A stretch of 64,000 nucleotides of DNA, taken from positions 16,740,001 through 16,804,000 of the forward strand of contig NC_043010.1 in NCBI RefSeq assembly GCF_006345805.1, in the 5' to 3' direction. The stretch comes from Octopus sinensis. Its lineage: Eukaryota. This document shows positions 1 through 12,654 of the stretch, piece by piece (positions within the stretch are counted from its first letter, which is position 1; every line of letters begins with the position of its first letter). The position numbers were made by a program, and so were the translations under genes. Under the pieces are notes generated by a model that searched no databases, was not told the origin of the DNA, and worked only from the letters and a program-made list of their open reading frames with translations.

Positions 1-184
1 TTGAATTATATTTGAAATATGGGAAATAGAGTAAAGAAAGAAAAAGGTTGTATTATAGTGTGTGTGTGTACACATGTGCATGTACATACATATGCACACA
101 CCACACACATGCATGCCTCTCGTTTTGTTGTGCATATGGGGGGGGCAGTTGGTGCATAAGGAAGTGATGGGTTTCCCAATTTAG

Positions 185-320
185 AGAAACCTGTGGAAGG
201 CTAAAACCAAAGAAGTCTTGGAACAAAGTTGTGAAGACTAACCTCAAAATGTTGCATTTTATGGTGAAGATGATAAAAGACTGATTGAAGAACCAACCAC
301 TTATGGCAAAATGTACTTTG
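185..320 (+). mobile_element. RTE-clade LINE, decayed 3' coding fragment
   Basis: Decayed translation resembling TCGRxKPKKSWNKVVKTNLKML..EMIKD, matching the RTE C-terminus seen in other copies in this window. Confidence 0.45.
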
Positions 321-1229
321 ATATAAGGGTGGTATTTAGAGGTAATGATATCTTTGTACCCTACTCACCCTTCAACTTGTTTCCGTGATCCTCCCTACCT
401 CTCATCTGCTCCCCTCTTCTCTTTCACCCACTGTACATGTGTACATACATATATATACATAGGCATATACACACATACATACATGCATATACATATGTAT
501 GTACATATATTCAAGCAAACATGTCTGATGCTAAGTATCTTTAGCAGAGATGAGTTTTTGCATACTGTGTTTAAACCATTGATAAATTTCATTTTCATAT
601 CTTGCAATCATTGACATCTTAATTATGTGATATTATTTCAAAGGTCATATGACCAGACGTTAAAAGGTTAAGTCATTGTAGACCTCTGGGTATTAAACAC
701 ACACATTAGGCATTTCCCAGGGGGGCAGCGAATTTAGCCACTTGAGCGTGGAGAGCATCAAGCAAGCATCATTGGTGAGAAAAATAAAAGGTACGCAGCT
801 CTATAAATACACAGGTCTCTCACTCGTACAACACACATATATATGTTTATACACACATACATGTATACACACACACATATTTGTGTACACACACATATTT
901 GTGTACACACACACACATATATATATATTTACACAAACACACATATATATTTTATTAGAAGCTGCAGTTTTTTGCATCCTATTACAAATAGAAGAAAGGA
1001 AACAATATGACATTATAGAAGCAAAAATGGTTTTTAAATACATTGGAATATGATTGGTCATCAAGATTTGATGACTTGTCCTACAAAGTGGTTCCACTTA
1101 GACATTAGAGATGGTGAGTAAAACAACGGAATGGATACAGCAGACGTGTGGAAAGTATGAAGTTTCACAAAAGAAATAAATGACAGGTGAACCAGTGACT
1201 GAACAGAGCAAAGCAGATGAAACTGTATT

Positions 1230-1685
1230 TATAATAATAATGAAATTATTGTATACAGTGCTCAGGTGCACCACAACTTGTCAAAAGTGCGTATAAAGTA
1301 TATGCAGTAGTGTACAAATGTCAGGAAAGTGAACAGTCTATGAGTCAGATACATGCTTGCGTGTGTATGGAGGGGAGAAAATCAGGTGTAGTGTTGACGA
1401 ATCTCAGGAAGCATGGAAGTTTTGAAGGATGCAGTGCTCCAACAACTAACAACTGATGCTGGCAGTCTGTTCCATGCTTCAGCAACTCGTAGCGTGAAAA
1501 AATGTTTCCGAAAGTCATGGGAGCTGTGCTGTTTTCTGACTTTGTAAACATGTCCACGGGTGTTAGACGGGTGGAGTTTGAAAAGGTGCTCAGAGTTATT
1601 GTTTGTAAGATGGTTAATAATTTTATGGGTGTCTGCCAAGTCAGCTGCCAGACATCGGAGTTTCAATGTATCCATGCCCCAACAG
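1230..1685 (-). mobile_element. CR1-clade LINE 3' end (ORF2 C-terminus, 3'UTR, (ATT)n tail)
   Basis: ORF 1382..1675 reads DTLKLRCLAADLADTHKII...NTRGHVYKVRKQHSSHDFRKHFFTLRVAEAWNRLPASVV, the typical CR1/L2 'L..RR...DL...YK...TRGH..KL...F..RV...WN.LP' C-terminus; it ends in an ATT-repeat tail. Confidence 0.9.
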
Positions 1686-2249
1686 TCTTTTCTTATATAG
1701 TGCAGCTAAAACGGCAAAGATATGCAACTTCCACTGCAATATGTATCCTGGCTCATTACACTCATGGAATTTTGCAAGATAGTTTTTTTACATTTTTGTT
1801 AAAGAAAGCATGAGCTTTCCAAACAATGGCATTGATTTCTTCGACTAACTTCCAACACCAGAACAATATAGGAAAAGTCCAAGAGCCATGGAATGTGTGA
1901 TATAAAGCAGGAACAATAAAAGGAACCATTCTGAATATTGATACAAAGGTGCACAACAAGATATTTAGAATGGTTTTTACTATAAAAGTTTCCCAATGTT
2001 AAAAGCTAACAAACATCAGCATAGTTTCCAATGACTAACACAGCAGAAAGGATAGAGGCTCACTTCAGCTGGAATTGGTTTTAATATCATATTAAGGGCT
2101 GGTGGAGGGGTAGAATTTATCAGAGAAAAGAAATGCAAAAATAGAAATGAATTCTGAACTTTTTACATTCTGTGAAGCTTTTTTTTCATGGTTATTTTTT
2201 TAGAATTAGGAAAAAAACCCAAAAAAACCCAGCAGTCAGTAGAGTAGCT

Positions 2250-3111
2250 GGATTTGTTTAATCAGAATAATAGTAAGAGACCTAAAAGTAGACCAAGGAA
2301 AATTATTTGGTTTGTCCCTCCCTTTTCCCTTAATGTAAAAACTAACATAGGTAAAAGATTCCTATCACTCCTAGACAAACACTTTCCAGTAACTCCCAAA
2401 TACAGGATAATATTTAATAGGCATTTTATGAAATTATCCTATAGCTGCTGCCCCACTATGAAGAGTATAATTACACGAGGTCAATACCAAGAGCCTATAT
2501 CCAGTTGTAACTAGAGAGTCAGGATCTTGTCCACTTGACCAATGATGTATAATTAAATCTGTCATAGATGAGGCAGAATTTACTGCAATGCTAGATGATA
2601 ATACAACAGATAAGAAGACCTGTATTGGATTATATGAAGGAGAATTCAAAAATCACAATGCCAATCACACAACCTCCTTCCAACATAGGGACAAAAGCAA
2701 AGCTATTAAGTTGGCAAGCCACATATGGAGTTTGAAATCTAATGCAACACGACATGTGATTAAGTGGAAAATAACTCAAAATCCGCACCTTATGTTAATG
2801 GATGAAATAAATGTAAGCTATGTTTAGCTGTAAGAGCTCAGATACTTTTCAGATCTAAGACCCCTAACTCACTACAGAACACTGGGTCTACAGTTTTCTG
2901 TGGTTGTAAACATTTTGAAGAACTGGAAAATTCCGTCTATACTTGATTAAGTTGTTGATATCACTCCAACCTTATAATTGAAGGTCTAAGGAGGATAACT
3001 CTTTTACCTTTTTCATTTTCCGGTTTTTTTTTAACCTTCCATGTTTTCTGTATGCTTCCTTCTCAACTGTTCAAGGGGTCAGAAATGTGGGTGACAAGAG
3101 GATGAGAGCGT
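2250..3111 (+). mobile_element. Penelope-like element fragment (RT C-terminus plus GIY-YIG endonuclease, decayed)
   Basis: RKIIWFVPPFSLNVKTNIGKRFLSLLDKHFP...KLSYSC, then CPLDQ*C...KTCIGLYEGEFKNHNANHTTSF...IWSLK...KCKLCL...CGCKH; contains stops and frameshifts. Confidence 0.85.
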
Positions 3112-3386
3112 ATATAAAATGTGGTAAAAAAGTACTTGATCAGCTAAGAGGGAGTGCTTTTCTACTCTGATGTGTGTGGGTGGGTGAGTGTGTGTGGGGG
3201 TATGGGTGTGTGTGGGGAGATGTATTTAGCACCTTATCTACCATCACTCCCTCTCTCTCTCTCTCTCTTCCTCTCACACACACACCCTAATCCTAACGCT
3301 CTCATCCTCTTGTCACCCACATTTCTGACCCCTTGAACAGTTGAGAAGGAAGCATACGGAAAAGATGGAAGGTTAAAAAAAAAAAA
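3024..3386. repeat. ~88-bp near-perfect inverted repeat (arms 3024-3111 and 3296-3386) at the 3' end of the PLE fragment
   Basis: Arm 2 (acgctctcatcctcttgtcacccacatttctgaccccttgaacagttgagaaggaagcatac...) is the reverse complement of arm 1 with about 2 mismatches. Confidence 0.9.
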
Positions 3387-3392
3387 CAGAAA

Positions 3393-3423
<31 letters not shown>

Positions 3424-4599
3424 CAGACAGACATATATATATATATATATATGCAACGACGATGGGGATGATATATACTTATGCACACACTGCCAGACCT
3501 ACGCGCACATATAAATATACTTCTCAGTCTTTCACTACCACTGTTCTTTTGAATTTTATTTCACCATGCTTGCACTTTTGGAGAGGTCTTTTGTGGTCAA
3601 GTCTGTACACACACACACACACACACACACCACACACACACACACATAAACACATGCTAATGATACTAACATGTATCACTGACAGGGGTGAGGAGTTTCA
3701 TATGTAAGCATGCCAGGTAGGTTAATATGTAACAACTGCTGGGAATGACCAATATGCACCATTGTACACATTGGTGCCAGAAGGGCTTGCCAAAACTATT
3801 ACTAGGAAAAGCTGAAAATACACACACATGCACACACACACACACATGTCTGTATGTACACACATGCACACACACATAAATATATACACATATTTATACA
3901 TACATTTTATTACATATATATATATATATGTACTCATGTACACACACCTTCACATGGGAGAAATACTATTATAACATTCCATTTACTGTTGATGGTGATT
4001 TCAATTATTGGTGCTTCAGAGTTCAAGACCTTCCAACATTTATTTAGTACCAATACCTCAATATTTCTGCCATGCCTCTAGGCTATGGCTACCATTTCTA
4101 TTTAAATCGGAGAACTGTTATAAAAGGGAAGCAAGATGAAGGTAATCTATCATGGCCTTCATTTCATAGGTTCAAACAATCGCCAGATTTTCGACTACAC
4201 ATATTGTAATAAAGTTACCTTCTCGAGTCATGTCCATTCGCAAGGGTTGGGTTCCCGGTTTCATGGCGTAGTTATTCCCTACCTGGATGGGACACCGGTC
4301 AGTCACAGGGTAAAGATTTACCTTTTGGGTTCAAATCCTGTCAAAGCTGGTTTTACCTTTCGTTCATGTAGCAGTCAAGTAAATAAAGAACCAATTACGT
4401 TCTGAGATTGACTAAATCAACTGATATCCCTCCACCGAAACGCTTATTACTACAGGAAGACAAATCCTGGATTTCATCGGAGAAAAAGCCTTGCTTGATA
4501 CGATAAAGAAAAGAGTATGTAGAAACTCCATATGCTAGACATAATGTAAGCTATGAATGCACAAGAGATGCAGTGGAATGATGGGCTAATGGGAGGGTG

Positions 4600-5210
4600 G
4601 GTGGAGGAGACAAGCCCTGCATGGGTCAAATGCAAATGAGGCAATGTGCACTTAAGTGTACACTGGAAATAGTTGATAGCTTTTGTTACCTAGGTAACAT
4701 AATTAGCGGGAGAGGCAGTTGTTGAAAGATTTGTAGCAGCCAGAGTAAGAATCGGTTCGAGGAGCTTTTACCTCTGCTGGCAATAAAGGTCCTCTCCCTC
4801 GGAGTGAAGGGAAGATTGTATGTTGCTTATGTTTGGAATTGTGATACTGATTAGTAGTTTAAAATGGGTTTTAAATGCAAAAATCTTGTGAAGTCTAGAA
4901 AGAAGTGAAGTGATCATGCTCAAGTAGGTGTGTACAAATGCACTGAGAGAAAAAAGTGAATATGAGAGGAATGAAGAGAGTGAGATTTGTGCTCATGTGG
5001 GCATTTGTTGTGTGTGGAGAATGATTGCTACATGAGGAAGTGCCATGCATTTCAAGTTCGTGAAATCTGTGGAAGAGATAGATTGAGAAAGACTTGGGAG
5101 AAAATGGTGAAGAATAACCTGAAGATTCTGCATGTGTCACTGAGGAGATGACAAAGGATGATACCGATCAGTGATACATGGTACTGCAGAAAAGCCAACT
5201 ACATGTGACA
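4600..5210 (+). mobile_element. RTE-clade LINE 3' fragment, decayed
   Basis: LEIVDSFCYLGNIIS...FEELLPLLAIKVLSLGVKGRLY...GRDRLRKTWEKMVKNNLKIL; homologous to 47095-47460 and 20112-20615. Confidence 0.75.
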
Positions 5211-5872
5211 AAAGGTACCCTGGCAGACATGTCGAGGTTTCGGGTTGACTTAGATATTCTGTACTGTCAGGCCTACATTTGCTGTCCTCTCATCTTGCAC
5301 GCTTGACTGCTCATCCCTCATGCACATATTGCTCACTTTTCTGTATTACCCATCTCTTTAGCACTTGTAGACCTCCATCTATCATCTTCCCACCCTCAGT
5401 GCTGACCAAATTATTTTTCACTCACCCTCTTACCGTTCACTAGGCCTATATATAAGGGACTAAACTGTACAGCTCTCATCCAATACCCTAATACTATTCT
5501 GCTGCCAGCCACCTCTCTCTTTCCTTGCCACCCACCACCTACTGTTACTCTTACTTCATCCCCCACCCTGCCCTTTTCCCTCTGCACACTCTTGCTCCTT
5601 CCACCAACCCACCTCTTTTTCTGTCATTGCCCCCTCTCTTTCTTATTCCCTTCCTTGGTCACCTGACCAAATGTACATACTCTACGTTATTGAGCACTCT
5701 CCTTACTCACAGCCTCATCTCACTGTCAGGCATCAGTTTCTCCAGGCATTTCTCCTTCTTTTGTTTCCCTCCATGTTTGCTCTTTTTGCTCAAGTTGTTT
5801 GATGCACATTAGCAACTAACAAACATTGTACTCTGCCTTTTATTTACTGTACTCTATTTATGTAATCCTAAC

Positions 5873-6100
5873 GATCATAAGTCCTTCCTGAGCCATAGGC
5901 TCATCATAGGGTCAGTTTCTCAGATTCTTCACTGTATGCATTCTCCCCTGGACAGGTTGCTTGTCCAAATGCAGGATTGCTAATTTTTGCCAGCTGAGCA
6001 GACTGAAGAAACATGAAAAGCAATGTCACACATTGCCTGGTCTGGGAATTGAAACCACAATCCTACAATCACAAGTGCAACACCCTAACCACTAACCCTA
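5873..6100 (-). mobile_element. tRNA-derived SINE, decayed (same family as 15593-15835)
   Basis: Shares ttttgccagctgag..gactg, gaattgaaaccacaatc and accctaaccact blocks with the better-preserved copy at 15593. Confidence 0.6.
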
Positions 6101-6153
6101 ACCCACCCCCCACTCACATTTATAAAACATGCATTAAAAAATATTTTCTAGAC

Positions 6154-6430
6154 CAGTGGTTCTCAGGTTCACAAATACCAGCCAATGCCCCCACCTCACT
6201 TCACCCCATGCCAAATATTACCAAATTTGTCCACTCTCCCCACCCCTTCTTTATTAGTGACAAGACAATATCACATCTGTATAATTCTTGTTTCTTTGCC
6301 AATATGCTGGACAAAATTTAAGACATTTACAAACCTTCTTCCAAACCTCTCCCATCACCCTCAACCCCCACCACTTCCCCTAAGTGAAAAACTCTGTCCA
6401 ACACCAAATGGAATTTTCAAAAGATGCATC
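6154..6430. mobile_element. hAT (Charlie-like) MITE, decayed
   Basis: Starts ttctagac|CAGTGGTTCTCA; the right end is degenerate and followed by atctagaa (NTCTAGAN-like target). Confidence 0.5.
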
Positions 6431-6470
6431 TAGAATCTCTGAGGTTACTCACAGTTATCAAATCTTACTA

Positions 6471-6806
6471 ACAATGGAATAAGAGAGGGGGGGGCAGGAG
6501 GAGTAAAAGTTAGTGATGGAGCAAAAGATAGAGAGGGAGAAGGAGTAGAAATGTGAGGAAATTTTGTTGAATTAAAAGTGAGAAAATATATGTACCTGTG
6601 TGTGTGTGTGTGTATGTATATATATATATATATGTGTGTGTGTGTACATATATGTATATATATGTAAGTGTATGTATATGTATGTATGTATATGTATACA
6701 TATATGTAAGTATGCATGTGTATGTATATATATATGTATGTATGTATGTGTATATATATGTATGTATATACATATATATGTGTGTGTGTATGTATATATA
6801 TATATA

Positions 6807-6838
<32 letters not shown>

Positions 6839-6854
6839 AAATACTGCCTGTGTA
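6471..6854 (-). repeat. Inverted segmental duplicate, copy 1 (partner 8982-9610)
   Basis: Unique flanks (acacaggcagtatt on one side; ttttaattcaacaaaatttcctcacatttctactccttctccctctctat...ttattccattgt on the other) enclose a compound TA/CA microsatellite, all in reverse complement to copy 2. Confidence 0.85.
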
Positions 6855-8981
6855 TAATATCTGACAAAGAGGATCAACTCCTCAGAGTAACTGAAAGTAC
6901 TCTTATTTATTCTAAACAAATGTTTCATTGTTGTTGTTGTTGCTGTCAGGCAATGAAACCTGAGAATCCAACCATGACTTCTCTCCACCTTTGCCTGACA
7001 CAATTAGAAGACAAAAGTTCATGCTGGGAATGGAACACTTGACTTCACAGGTTTCAACCTCTTCATCCCAATAGATCAAAAATATTAACCAACCATCCAT
7101 ATTATTGGAATGAACTTAATGATAGAGCAGGTATCAGCCATAGGTGTGTGTGTGTGAGTGTGGGGGGTGGCAGTCCACAAGAGGACCACTGAGGTGTTCT
7201 CTCTGTGCCTTGGGCCTTTTCTGAAATATTTTTCAAATTTAATGGTTTTATGCCATTGGCCAGTTGAAAGCTTTGAGACAGTATTTGTGTCACAGTTAGT
7301 TTGATATTTGCTTCCATAAGCAACATTGCCAGTGATGGAAATGGCGATGGCGGGGAAATATATTTACATGTAACATATATTTAAGCCAACATGGGATAAA
7401 AGTAAGTTATTTAAATAGAAGTTACTGATCCTTAAAGAGACCAGGGAGACAAGTTAGTTTGTCTACAGGATTATTAACTGTTCGACATAAACACACAGAA
7501 AATGATGAGTTGTAGACAGATGACCTGTTCATGCAGAATTTCACCAACTCAATTTGGGACGTGCTCTGCTGTTTGAACCATCATATGATGTGTACTGATT
7601 CTAACAAACTGGAACTGCCTTCTGGTATCACTGTCAGGTCAAAGAGTTCTAAAAATTATTTATAATTCTCTGCTTGATTCAAAACAAGCCAATGTCTTGT
7701 GTACATACATTCAGTTACAATGAATCTCCCAGTTGTAAAATATATTTTAATAGCCTACTCTTTGATTGAACATCATTACAGATATCAGATGATTAGGGGT
7801 GGGAGTAGGGAATGTCAGTCAACTGATACACACACAAATATAAACCTCTTTGACATTGTGTATCCATCAATTTTTCCAACCTGTTTGTTGTACCATTTCA
7901 ATGTCTACGTCTATCTTTCCGTCTGTCTATCATAATATCTATCAATTGATTGATCGATTTCTATGCCAGACTTTTCCCTCCCCTACTCCTCCATGGTTTT
8001 ATCGTCTGTCTCTCTATCTTCTCATAAGTTCACATAAGCACATACAAGCCATCAGTTTTCCATTCAACGATTTTAGGAGTCATTTTGTGTAAGACACTCG
8101 TGTCAAGAATGATAAAACTCATACAATTATTAACACAACTAGACCCTATTTTTCAAGCAAATCTCTTTATTCAGAGAGAAGAGAGAGAAGGAAGACAAAA
8201 AAATATAAAGGCAAAGAAAAAAAAACAGACACCATCAAAGAAAATACCTGAAAATGTTGGTAATTGTATCCGACAGCATCGGCCGGCAAACTATTGCAGA
8301 AAGACTACAAACCATTTTGATTGGAAATTGGTAGTGAAAGGGAAAAGAGGAAAAAACAGAACAGAAGAAAGAAAAAAGAAAGAAAGAAAAATATGTAAAA
8401 AATGTATAACAACCCCAAATTTAGAAAAGGAAAACAAGAAAACGTATTATAAGTCGATCAAACGATATTATGATATAAGTCGACTAATGTAGGAGGCTGC
8501 AATGGAATTTTTATAGAAACTCTCACTCTCACAAAAAAAGGAAAAAAAAAAAAACATTTTCAGTCAATCTGTTTTAATAAGCATAATGTCTATAAATGCT
8601 TCACATTTATTTCTTCCAGCATACCAATTCCATTATCATCAGTTTAGTTGTATTTTATGTTTTTTCATTATTTAATATATTTTTGTTTCTTTTTTTTTTT
8701 GCCTTCTTAATTCTTTCTTCTTGTAGTCTGAATGTTTTTTTTCAATCAGAAAGGAAACAAACTGAATAAAAGAGTTAGTTTATGTAATAAATTGAAAGTT
8801 TTGTACAAGTTGTTGGATCATTAATTTGAATAAATATTTTTCATCCTCCACTCACATAATCTGTGTTCAACACACTCTCCGATGCTTGTCAGCTTACTAA
8901 TGGCTGCCACACTCTGTGCTGTTCTGCTTTTTGCTGTATTTATATTTAGCTTTACTCACATAAACACAAACGCACACATAC

Positions 8982-8994
8982 ACACAGGCAGTAT

Positions 8995-9048
<54 letters not shown>

Positions 9049-9610
9049 TACATACACACACACATATATATATACACATACATACATATATACATACACA
9101 TGCATACTTACATATATATACATACACATGCATACTTACATATATATACATATACATACATACATACATACATACATACATACACACACATATATACATA
9201 TTCATACATACACACACATACATAGACATACATACACACACATATATACATATACATACATACACACACATATACATACATACACACACATATACATACA
9301 TACACACATATACATATACATACATACACACACATATACATACATACACACATATACATATACATACATACACACACATATACATATACATACATACACA
9401 CACACATACATATACATACACACACAGACATATATATATACGTACACACACACACAGGTACATATATTCTCTCACTTTCTCTCTCTCACTTTTAATTCAA
9501 CAAAATTTCCTCACATTTCTACTCCTTCTCCCTCTCTATTTTTTGCTCCATCAGTAACTTTTACTCCTCCTGCCCCCCTCCCTCTCTCTCTCTCTCTCTT
9601 ATTCCATTGT
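8982..9610 (+). repeat. Inverted segmental duplicate, copy 2, with an expanded TA/CA/TACA microsatellite
   Basis: ORFs 6445..6867(-) and 8882..9814(+) share [29 protein letters not shown]. Confidence 0.85.
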
Positions 9611-10352
9611 AGCTTTATCCTTTTCTTTTGTTACCTCCATCTCTTTTATTTATTTGATTTTATTTGCTTTATTCTCTTTCCAATTCCCTTCCTCTCTTTC
9701 TCTCTCTCTCTCTCTCTGTATCTGCCTTTCCCTCCCTCATTCAATCACACACACTCTCTCTCTCTCCTTTTCCCTCTTCTCTCTTTCTCCCTCTCCCTCC
9801 TCTCCCTCCTTTAATCTAATTCACTCTCCTCCTCTCCTGTTTCTCCATCCTCTCCATTTGTCACCCCTTTCTCTCCGACAACCATAACATCCAACAATAA
9901 TCCTGTTTAACATGAGTTAATTCAATAGATCTGCTTTTTAAAGCGAAGCCATTGAATAGAGATGGATGTTTGGGTGTAGACCGGGGAACAACATCAACAA
10001 CAACAACAACAACAAAGACTGGTTCAATACCAATCTGTAACTAAAGTTTCAATAGATCCATTCATTAGTATGCTGTCTTATTTATGAGTCAAAGCTAGAC
10101 AATGTTATAGAAACGGTGGAGCAAAGCTGGGCACTGAACTTTGGTTCCTATCACGTTCTATCACTATTTCCATTCACCTTTATGTCTGCCACCCCCCCCA
10201 CACACACACATGCATATATATGGACACTGTGGAAAAATTTTCCTTTTTACTTGGACAAAAGATTAGTTCCAAAATGTTCGGCTTCTTTTCTTCCCGTGGC
10301 ATTTGAACTTAGCCAAACTCAAGGAATTCACTGTATAATTTTTACACTCATT

Positions 10353-10396
<44 letters not shown>

Positions 10397-10434
10397 CGTG
10401 TGTGTGTGTGTGAGCTCATCATCATCATCATTCG

Positions 10435-10550
10435 ACCTTTTAGCATTTAAACTAGCCAGATCCTGAGCCCAAAATATTCGACCAGTTTTATGTTCAAACC
10501 AGCTGAATCCGGCCTCTCACATCTACCCTGCAATGTCATTCCAAAAACAA
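10435..10550. mobile_element. Partial copy of the piggyBac-type MITE (see 11861-12089)
   Basis: cctttagcatttaaactagccagatcc...ttatgttcaaaccagctgaatccggcctctcac is the reverse complement of the right part of the complete copy. Confidence 0.7.
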
Positions 10551-10554
10551 AAAC

Positions 10555-11445
10555 ATCATCAAAAACTGTTCAGGACGATTTTTGGGCCGGGACCTATGAA
10601 CAACTTCCAGAAATCCCTGGTGTGGCAGAGCTATCGTGAAACGCTACCCATTTAGGATAAGCTCTACAGGCATGGCTCAAGAAACATGGGGCCGACCTGC
10701 CCGAGATGCGGTCAGAGCGACAAAACCATTCTGCATGCACTTGTGCAGTGTCCAACCATTTCCAGCCTGTAGGCCTATGTCTAATGACTGCTATCACGTT
10801 TGGGACGAGTCAGTTTATCAGCTGAGTCTATCATTAATATTGTTGCGCCTCCTGCCTTCAAATGGGAAGGAAGAGCCATTTTTATCATACTTATGGCTAT
10901 GGTGAAAAAATGTGTATGGTGGACATGTCTGAAAGGCCTAGAGACAAACACTTTCCTCTCTGGTCAACTTCTACAAGTATCACTTGAAAAGGAAGGTGAG
11001 AGTAGAGAGGGAAGTTTTGTTTAGCAAATGTTTCAATAAAAGATGGGTGAATGTAGCAAGGATGGCACGTGTGAATGATGGAGCCACCTTGAGCATAATC
11101 CTATGAATGAGGAAAAGAAAGGAAAAAAAGAGTCACTTACTGTGATGTGTCTTTGTAGGACATTATTGTTGTTGGTCTTTTCCGTAGGCTTTTCTTTCCA
11201 CGGATAAACCTAATCTGTTTTCTCTATTTTGTAACATTTACAATATTTTCTGTGATACACAATCCCTTTCGATCAGCCCTTTTTTTTTTCCATGATCCCT
11301 TTTGATCGAAATTTTATTTTTCTCATTTTCTCATTTTCCTTTCTTCAAAAGAAAAGCTCTACATTGTATTTTGTCCCCTCTGTGTTCAGCTCTGTGTGGC
11401 TAATAAAGAAACATATCTATCTATCTATCTATCTATCTATTTATC
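10555..11445 (+). mobile_element. Tx1/L1-clade non-LTR retrotransposon 3' end
   Basis: Decayed frame PMNNFQKSLVWQSYRETLPI*DKLYRHG...PTCPRCGQSDKTILHALVQCP carries the C-terminal CCHC zinc knuckle of L1/Tx1 ORF2; then a T-rich 3'UTR, AATAAA near 11402 and a (TATC)n run. Confidence 0.8.
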
Positions 11446-11860
11446 AATCATTTGTCCCAGCTACAATCTATAATAAGCAGTTCTTGATTGGACGACCATG
11501 CCAACCAAGTGGTCCAGCAGTGTTGAGTCTCTAATAATGGGATTTAGTCACACAGGGTGGGATGTGTGATCAGTGTATTTGTTATATAAGACTGTCCATC
11601 AAAGGACATGTCAGTGAAGAGATGTTGTGTGAGAGTGAGTGCATGGGAGAAGACAGCAGCTGACTAGAAATAATGGTGGAAGGTTATTAAAGAAATGAGT
11701 AAATGTTTAATTAGATGAAACAAGAAAAGAAAACAGAGAAAAAGTTAGAACAAGAATCCATTACACCAGGTCTACCAACATGCATGTCTTTTGTAATGTT
11801 TGAAATCAAGGTTGTACAAGCAAGTTTGGTCTACAATGTTATGAAAGAGTAAAATGTTGC

Positions 11861-12089
11861 TTAACCCTTTAGTGTTCGCATTATTCTGCCCAAATTAATC
11901 CTTTTTTATCCACATTGCCTTGAACTAATCAGGCATTATCTTGGAGCTATGAGATTTTGATGAGGTAGCTGTTAATTTTTAAAACGATATTGTAGGGCTG
12001 GTGTAAGAGACCAGATCTGGCCAGTTTGAACATAAAACAGGCAGAATACTTTTGGCCGGATATGGCCGGTTTAAATGCTAAAGGGTTAA
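11861..12089. mobile_element. piggyBac-type MITE, complete
   Basis: TTAA|CCCTTTAG ... CTAAAGGG|TTAA: terminal inverted repeats with a TTAA target duplication. Confidence 0.85.
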
Positions 12090-12099
12090 TGCTCTAGAT

Positions 12100-12373
12100 C
12101 AGTGGCTCCCACCCTTTTTTGGGCTGCCACCCCACTTGACACCCAGACCACATTCCTAATGCCCCCATCCCAACATCCCCATTACAAAGATAGACCTCTT
12201 TTTGAAGAAAATTCAAAGCAAATGTATTTCACAAATAAAACTTTATCCAATGAAGCCATCATTTTGTTTTTACATGAATCACTCCCCCATTATCACCCCA
12301 CTTTTCTTCAACACCCTCTTCAAACTTTCCACTGCCCCCAGGGGATCAATACTGCCCTCTTTGAGAACCACTG
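12100..12373. mobile_element. hAT (Charlie-like) MITE, complete
   Basis: TIRs CAGTGGCTCCCA / TGAGAACCACTG flanked by a perfect 8-bp TSD CTCTAGAT (12092-12099 and 12374-12381). Confidence 0.9.
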
Positions 12374-12654
12374 CTCTAGATGGTCATTTGATGTGCAAGA
12401 AGTAGCAGTCAAATCTTCTTCAAAGATTGAAAATTGATCAGATGTTTACTAAACAATAACAACTCCTGGATGTTGGAGTCCATTAAGTGGAATGGTAAAG
12501 TCAGAAGAATTAATCGATGAATTTGGTGATTTGTCCAACTACCAACAGGTCAATGGTGTGTTGGATTCAGTTTGTCAGATTCAGGCTCCCATTAGGCAGA
12601 GCTAAATGACAACAACAACAGAACTATAAAGATAATCAGGGCAGAGTCAGAGGA

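Noticed and set aside
2500-2830. In-frame TGA codons in the Penelope-like GIY-YIG as possible selenocysteines (reported for some Naiad PLEs)
   Set aside because: The TGAs fall at non-Cys positions (CPLDQ*C, NG*NKC), the element also has TAG stops and frameshifts, and its domain order is RT then EN. Ordinary decay explains them.
5225-5290. Minus-strand CTGACAG...ctaagtcaacc CGAAAC hammerhead-like remnant
   Set aside because: The 5' half of stem II and the cleavage triplet are missing, so it is too incomplete to call.
8085-8492. 135-aa Lys-rich ORF
   Set aside because: It comes from A-rich low-complexity sequence and has no domain signal.
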